Part shown: piece by piece, positions 59,501 to 64,000 of the stretch
Layout of the letters: every line of letters begins with the position of its first letter
Position numbering within the stretch: position 1 is the stretch's first letter
Source: Candidatus Iainarchaeum sp.
GTDB taxonomy: Archaea > Iainarchaeota > Iainarchaeia > Iainarchaeales > JAZDFD01
Assembly: GCA_043808155.1 (NCBI GenBank)
Contig: JAZDFD010000016.1
Location: 15,785-79,784 of the forward strand
Reading direction: 5' to 3'
DNA length: 64,000 nucleotides
Position numbers and translations under genes: made by a program
Notes under the pieces: generated by a model
What the model was told of the DNA's origin: nothing
The model's input: only the letters and a program-made list of their open reading frames with translations
Databases searched by the model: none

Positions 59501-61411
59501 GCTGAAGTATGGATTGAATCAGGTTTGGAAGACGGAACTCTTGTGTCAACAGAATCAAGAGCAAAAACAACTTATGATAACTCCGAATACGAAACCCCGA
59601 AACTCGAAAAGAACTACAATATTAATGAAGCTATTGACTGCACAGGTCCTAACTGTCCTAAATTTTCATATCGTTTCAAACTTACAGGTCCGAATCCAAC
59701 AGGTGATGATTATTCTGAATACGTACTGACACATTATGAGAATGAAAAATACATGCCTGATGCAATAGGTCACTACTGGAAGCCTCAGGGCGAACTTCCA
59801 GATATAAGTACATGGCTTCCTGCATTTGTACAAAAAGACTATTTAGTTAAATATGCAGTGACAAACATTTCGGAAGAACAATTTAATGTCACTTTAATAT
59901 TTGATTTGCCGCAGATGGGCATTCATGAACAAGTGCATTCCGGAACACTGCCTGTAAACGGAAGCCTGAATAATAACAACAGTCCATGGTCTGTAACTCC
60001 TCCATTTCCAGTAGCACCTGGAGTAATGATTTTCAATGTAACAAATAAGAACAATCCTGATGAAATTTACGGACGTTCAATAATGTTTTTTAAAATTTTA
60101 AACGGCAACATGAATGTAGATGTCAAGCCGAATGTAATAACGCCTGAGTCATATCCTAAAATAAATGTTACAGTAACCGGCGAACAGGGAAATCCAGATC
60201 CTGAAGAAGTTCCTCTGCCAAATGCATCTGTTAAAATTCAGCTGAGAAGAGCACAAGATGGTTCTGTTTTGGATTTAGTCAGTGACGGACTCACAAATCT
60301 TGACGGAACTTATTCTTACAATGCTAATACGATTGCAGATTCTCCACTCCCTAAAATGGGTGACACATATATAATTACTGTAATCAAGCAGGGATATTTA
60401 ACACAAACTGTCAAAATACCAGTTAATGTTTCGCCAACTGGAAATTTCAATCCTGCTTACGGGTGCATTTCAGTTGAACCCGAATTTTTGGAAATTGACA
60501 AATCCGGTGTAAAAAAAACATTTATTGTTAAAACAACAAACAGAATTAATGGCATTGATATTGAATGCAATGAAGCAGCTGATATGTCATTCGCAACAAA
60601 ATTGAAGATTACAGATTTAACAGCAGAACTAAAACCAGGTGAGCAAAAACAGTTTACAATAACAGTTCCCAAAGGTCTATCACTTGGACTTTATCCAATT
60701 TATATTTTAGCTCAGTTCAAGAGCGATGACCAAGTTTTCCATGCTGATACTATTAAAACAAATATAACAGACCCAAGCGGTTCATGTCTCTGGAAAATAA
60801 ATCCATTAATTTATGATTTCATTGAAAACGGAGAAGTATTAAACCAAGCACTTGAAAATATGACAATCTACAACCAATGCCAGTTAAGCCAAGGAATAGA
60901 CGATGTTTTCATGCCGTCACTTGCATCAGATTCAGCGAAAATTTCACTAAACCCCGGTCAGCAGGTTCCTTTGCAGATGAGATTTAACTGGACAGTTAAG
61001 GTTAATGCAGATAATATTGAAGGAGAACTCCCGTTAGATACTACAATAATCTTCCCAGGAAGAGAAGCCAGCATTGAAAAAATCCACATCGGGAATATTT
61101 CAGTTGTGGATTTGATGGCAACTGTCAGTTCCGCTAATTTATCCAATATCACATTCACACCAATAGTTAAAGAAATTACTGAAGTAATACCCAACAAACC
61201 AATCACAGAATACTGCAACAGCAAAGAAAAGTGTATTGACATCTGGCTTGAAGGAAGAGCAGGCGCCCCGATGTTATATGTTTACGCAAGTTATAGGGGT
61301 AAAGATACACATAGAACAGGGGATATAATTTCACCGGTCTATAATGTAAGTGTAACTTCCAATGATTATGTTATGATTACTGCAAACGATTATGTGAGTG
61401 AGATAAAATGA
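56600..61411 (+). CDS. Giant membrane-anchored surface protein: DUF4234-like membrane domain plus tandem carboxypeptidase-regulatory-like (Ig/transthyretin-like) domains
   Basis: LTVVTLGIYGIYWMYK...FQSELN; repeated V.D..G.PVE.A.V.LY and TD..G motifs; GGTGA SD. Confidence 0.75.
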   Translation: MTDGFGSSDSEKKAEKQRILDQMKNNLSEKPSSFAGSEKAPNPKVQEDAKWLDNEGKRLFKKSDDKPMPGKSDGIKYRNPILVILLTVVTLGIYGIYWMYKTKKEINSLGAKIPNIILLFIPLIQLFFIYKYADGYAKFVKKDNKTIIWLLLFIFLSPIAVFLFQSELNNYSNNPPTPKAKKEKISKAAPIVGLAAATKSLDKKSNPLSGIMSKLKSIYYAMEDKYYEMLDKIDPVIPIYKVVDPIDKVFPSFILFLLLILLLLLLLCWLIFGGLASPAEFAAGINVVKDSPEQEGLADAHVIVEYENILLYDGYTDGSGKISDIKLASESISAYVTVSKSGYNDFQSEILLENGKTAKIQLTPMSDPDAKTHFKIYVEDLDTGERLQGISVTMEFSCSNGTSAPARDTTDTGYFSVYVDRTACGTLTATVMATGYETLNSQRISSETEYLKLQRSSTESNLVVNVYDSDGEPVEDVAVRLYDEETPGLPVGVGNTDSFGSFIFETIDSGTYKVTALHDDGRYAEKLSVVVGSGQTQYANLTLGILPPGGSKKLFIKVIDGSNINEPDPIENVKVLVYINKSRVDTLYTDADGIVEKFYDLESTLDHIDLVLLHDEYLVKIHPGIELVSANSNTPKEIKMYKISGSDYAIVNVEVLSYGSNEPVEEAKVYLYEADTNLMVHENPRYTDDEGLSKFEYLPDSSYFAIAKDDFTGTEGTSDTEAVLRGEEITLSISLVLGMGNFKVTIVDEETNEPITLNGTPLVSVKQYDPVTDEISDTNKTYHADDKGVVETDDFSIDKKYILELTHDDYQSYETEPLQPIDNITVEPTPATIALIPKSAAGNDEIGLQFGGIYKDDELEDPADKVESGKTYYLKYILRLPKEGTYYDISQYIIVGSDLGTNLPSSGYVIKIKNVIASGFSDIVLSNCYSASDPYINPSSCQGVSTDAKKAGIYWNELNGEHTYYVTAEVWIESGLEDGTLVSTESRAKTTYDNSEYETPKLEKNYNINEAIDCTGPNCPKFSYRFKLTGPNPTGDDYSEYVLTHYENEKYMPDAIGHYWKPQGELPDISTWLPAFVQKDYLVKYAVTNISEEQFNVTLIFDLPQMGIHEQVHSGTLPVNGSLNNNNSPWSVTPPFPVAPGVMIFNVTNKNNPDEIYGRSIMFFKILNGNMNVDVKPNVITPESYPKINVTVTGEQGNPDPEEVPLPNASVKIQLRRAQDGSVLDLVSDGLTNLDGTYSYNANTIADSPLPKMGDTYIITVIKQGYLTQTVKIPVNVSPTGNFNPAYGCISVEPEFLEIDKSGVKKTFIVKTTNRINGIDIECNEAADMSFATKLKITDLTAELKPGEQKQFTITVPKGLSLGLYPIYILAQFKSDDQVFHADTIKTNITDPSGSCLWKINPLIYDFIENGEVLNQALENMTIYNQCQLSQGIDDVFMPSLASDSAKISLNPGQQVPLQMRFNWTVKVNADNIEGELPLDTTIIFPGREASIEKIHIGNISVVDLMATVSSANLSNITFTPIVKEITEVIPNKPITEYCNSKEKCIDIWLEGRAGAPMLYVYASYRGKDTHRTGDIISPVYNVSVTSNDYVMITANDYVSEIK

Positions 61412-62067
61412 AAAAAATAATCATAATGATTTTGCTTTTCGCAATTCTGCCATTTGCATATGCAGAACTCTGTAATTCTGAATCAGAACTGTCAGTTTCT
61501 TACATCTACAATCAGGCAGACCAAAAACTCAATTTAGTTTTTGAGCAATCCAATGATATCAATGCATTTTTAATTATTGCAAGTGATGATTTAGAAACTG
61601 TAATTTCAGAGGAAGTAATTGGAAAATCACCAATTGAAAAAGAATATTCTCTTGTTGCAGATAATTATTCTCTAACTGTCAGTGACAGATCTAATAAAAA
61701 TTACAAAACACAGCAAAGCTGTGAAATTGAAGTTATTGCAGTGGTTGCAGTACTGCCTGACTGCGAAGCTCTTAATGGAAAAGTATGTTCTGAAGATGAA
61801 GTATGTTCTAATATGGTAACTGCATCTGATACTGATTTTTGCTGTACAGGTGCATGCGAAGCAAGAATAGCACAGGAAGAGTCAGAAGAAATAGTTATTG
61901 ATCCCTTTTTTGGTTTTATAATAATCATAATAATGGTTGCAGTAATTGCAGGACTCGTTGTATTTGCAAAACGATTTGCAGGACGCAAAGAATTCGAATA
62001 CGAAGAACCTGAAAAAAAACCAAAATTCATCAGCGAAGAGGAAGGAGATGAGCCAAAGTATGTCTAG
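61408..62067 (+). CDS. Secreted protein with Cys-rich module and C-terminal TM
   Basis: Signal peptide, CEALNGKVC..C...CC..C, TM. Confidence 0.65.
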   Translation: MKKIIIMILLFAILPFAYAELCNSESELSVSYIYNQADQKLNLVFEQSNDINAFLIIASDDLETVISEEVIGKSPIEKEYSLVADNYSLTVSDRSNKNYKTQQSCEIEVIAVVAVLPDCEALNGKVCSEDEVCSNMVTASDTDFCCTGACEARIAQEESEEIVIDPFFGFIIIIIMVAVIAGLVVFAKRFAGRKEFEYEEPEKKPKFISEEEGDEPKYV

Positions 62068-64000
62068 AAAAATATTCCTGATTGCAATTTCCATTTTACT
62101 AATCTCACTTAGCGTTTCCGCACTTAATTACTGCAAAACAGCTCCTGATAATTATTCCATTTTTTACCCAGCTGGTTTTAATAAAAATAATATACCTGAC
62201 AATGTTTCCTGCTGGTGCAGTCCAATTGACAGTACAACCGGCAACCCGCCTGATATTTTCGAAGCAGATGCAGCTGGGTCATGGCTCTTTGGGGGAAGTG
62301 GTTTCGGAACTTTGGCATTGCCAGGTACAGGTCATCTGTTTGATTTTAATCCCTTCAATTTCGTTATATTAAAAAATTCTCAGCGCTTTGGCTGGACATA
62401 TGATGTTCCAATAAACACAACTTTGAACATAAATCACATCAAAAAGCGTGCAGTAATTAATGCACAACCATATAAAATATTTGATTGGACGTTCCCAATA
62501 ATTAATACTGTTTCCCCCCCCGTAGAAGTTGAAATCCGTTCGCTTTCAGGGCAACTTATGGATACTGTAAAAAATAGTTATGCCTGTTCATTTGGGGCGT
62601 CTTGTTATAATTATGGTTCCAGACAGCGATGCGAGGGTTCAGCTGATATACCCAGTGCCTATCACTTTACTGCTCTTGGAACTTACATCATTAAAATTTA
62701 CGCTTACACAACAAATGATGCAGATCCGGATTCACGAGTGCTTGCTGCGGATTTTAGAGTTCGTGTAGTTTCAAATTATGTTGATGGAACTCCGCCTTAT
62801 GAAACCCCTGTACCAAATTTCTGCAGAGATAACACACTTGAATCAGGAGAACCAATACTGCCAATGGGTGTTTATTATCCTTCTGATTTTAATCCTTTGG
62901 GCATTCCGTCAGAAAAACAATGTTGGTGCAATCAAAATACTAAATTAGGTGCGAGAGAAGCAATCAAAAATGTAACTTTTGCAGAATTAGTGCCAAGCGC
63001 AAATTACCCTGACCAAAAGACAATACAAATTTCAAAGTTCGATTATAATGGTGAGGTTTTCCCAGGAACTGTTTTGAACATAAAAAATATTGGAACATTA
63101 CCTAATATTTATTCGCAAGTCTATCCTGGTGCACCTGATAATATGCTTGTTAGCAATATTGTTCCTGGTGTTGATGTTATTGTTTGGAAGCTTCCTGACG
63201 AAATAAAAGTTATGACAAAACACAACTCACCGGATTGTACAACTGATTTAAGACAATCGTGTTACAATGTTAATCCTTCCCACCAAATTTGCATAGGCAA
63301 AACAGAGATTCCAAATGCTTATACTTTCAACGAACTTGGGGACTATATTGTGTGGATAAGTCCTTACAGACTGAACAATGGCGACCAAAGATCTGCCAAA
63401 ATTGCTGCAACTTTACATATCACTGTTACAGAACCACCTGTAAAACCACCAGTAAATCCATGTGCAAATGAATTTTGCGGAAATGGAAAGTGTAGTGCTG
63501 CTTGCGGAGAAAATGCAACAACATGCCCAGCAGATTGTGTAGCAGACCCATGTGCAAATGAATTTTGCGGAAATGGAATCTGCAATGCCTCATGCAAAGA
63601 AGATAAAACAACATGCCCAGCAGATTGTCCAATGCCCCCCGTAATCCCACCAGCACCCGTGCAAGGAACATTAGTAATTTCAAATTCAAACCCGCACAGG
63701 ATAATTGAAGTTAATAATGACTCAGATGAAGTAACAATTCTCTGGACTCTGACAAATGTTGGTGATTCTTACGTAGATATAACTTCAGTAGGGCCTTTCG
63801 GATGCAATGCAGACTGGACAACTCCAGGCAGAGTAGGAACATGTGCCTTTCCTGAAAGCTACAGTGGCTACAGAATTCCAGCAAAAACAACTTTCCGTGT
63901 TTTTGAAAAAATTAAAATTACCGATTATTCAAAAATACCCAACACTGAATTATTTGGTCTCAGTGTAACTTATATTCCCAAAGGTGCCAACAATGAAAAA
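62060..64000 (+). CDS. Large secreted Cys-rich surface protein running off the window end (absent from the ORF track)
   Basis: MSRKIFLIAISILLISLSVSA signal peptide; frame appears open to the end; two CANEFCGNG.C.A.C.E..TTCPADC modules near 63460-63630. Confidence 0.75.
   Translation, partial: MSRKIFLIAISILLISLSVSALNYCKTAPDNYSIFYPAGFNKNNIPDNVSCWCSPIDSTTGNPPDIFEADAAGSWLFGGSGFGTLALPGTGHLFDFNPFNFVILKNSQRFGWTYDVPINTTLNINHIKKRAVINAQPYKIFDWTFPIINTVSPPVEVEIRSLSGQLMDTVKNSYACSFGASCYNYGSRQRCEGSADIPSAYHFTALGTYIIKIYAYTTNDADPDSRVLAADFRVRVVSNYVDGTPPYETPVPNFCRDNTLESGEPILPMGVYYPSDFNPLGIPSEKQCWCNQNTKLGAREAIKNVTFAELVPSANYPDQKTIQISKFDYNGEVFPGTVLNIKNIGTLPNIYSQVYPGAPDNMLVSNIVPGVDVIVWKLPDEIKVMTKHNSPDCTTDLRQSCYNVNPSHQICIGKTEIPNAYTFNELGDYIVWISPYRLNNGDQRSAKIAATLHITVTEPPVKPPVNPCANEFCGNGKCSAACGENATTCPADCVADPCANEFCGNGICNASCKEDKTTCPADCPMPPVIPPAPVQGTLVISNSNPHRIIEVNNDSDEVTILWTLTNVGDSYVDITSVGPFGCNADWTTPGRVGTCAFPESYSGYRIPAKTTFRVFEKIKITDYSKIPNTELFGLSVTYIPKGANNEK

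Overview
AT-rich archaeal chromosomal window. GGTGA Shine-Dalgarno motifs, TATA/BRE promoters and genes for aCPSF1/FttA, proteasome beta, NAC, Hel308, DTD2 and AK6 identify it as archaeal. Gene content and orphan/surface-protein style suggest a DPANN archaeon, probably Iainarchaeota/Diapherotrites (inference). Left to right: an archaeal-type (AcnX/UbiD) mevalonate operon with IPK and IDI-2; a WbpB/E/D-like sugar/glycosylation cluster; an accessory zone (17-27 kb) with orphans and a minimal NiFe-hydrogenase cluster; a 1-kb non-coding island; large secreted/surface proteins; housekeeping genes; an intein-containing Hel308; more surface proteins. No rRNA, tRNA, CRISPR array or transposase was recognised. 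The most striking unannotated signal is a 28-bp dif-like site (18905-18932) lying in an apparent strand-skew switch. It is surrounded by two dispersed, mostly intergenic motifs (TGTCCAA-N5-TGTG and RTTATGTAKA) whose orientation largely flips at that site, suggesting a polar terminus-organising system. Other oddities: two genes with an in-frame TAA before a coherent tail, an A9 frameshift in a deacetylase, strong D-x-N enrichment in secreted proteins, and an unannotated 46-aa ORF. All counts are by eye; no database searches were run.
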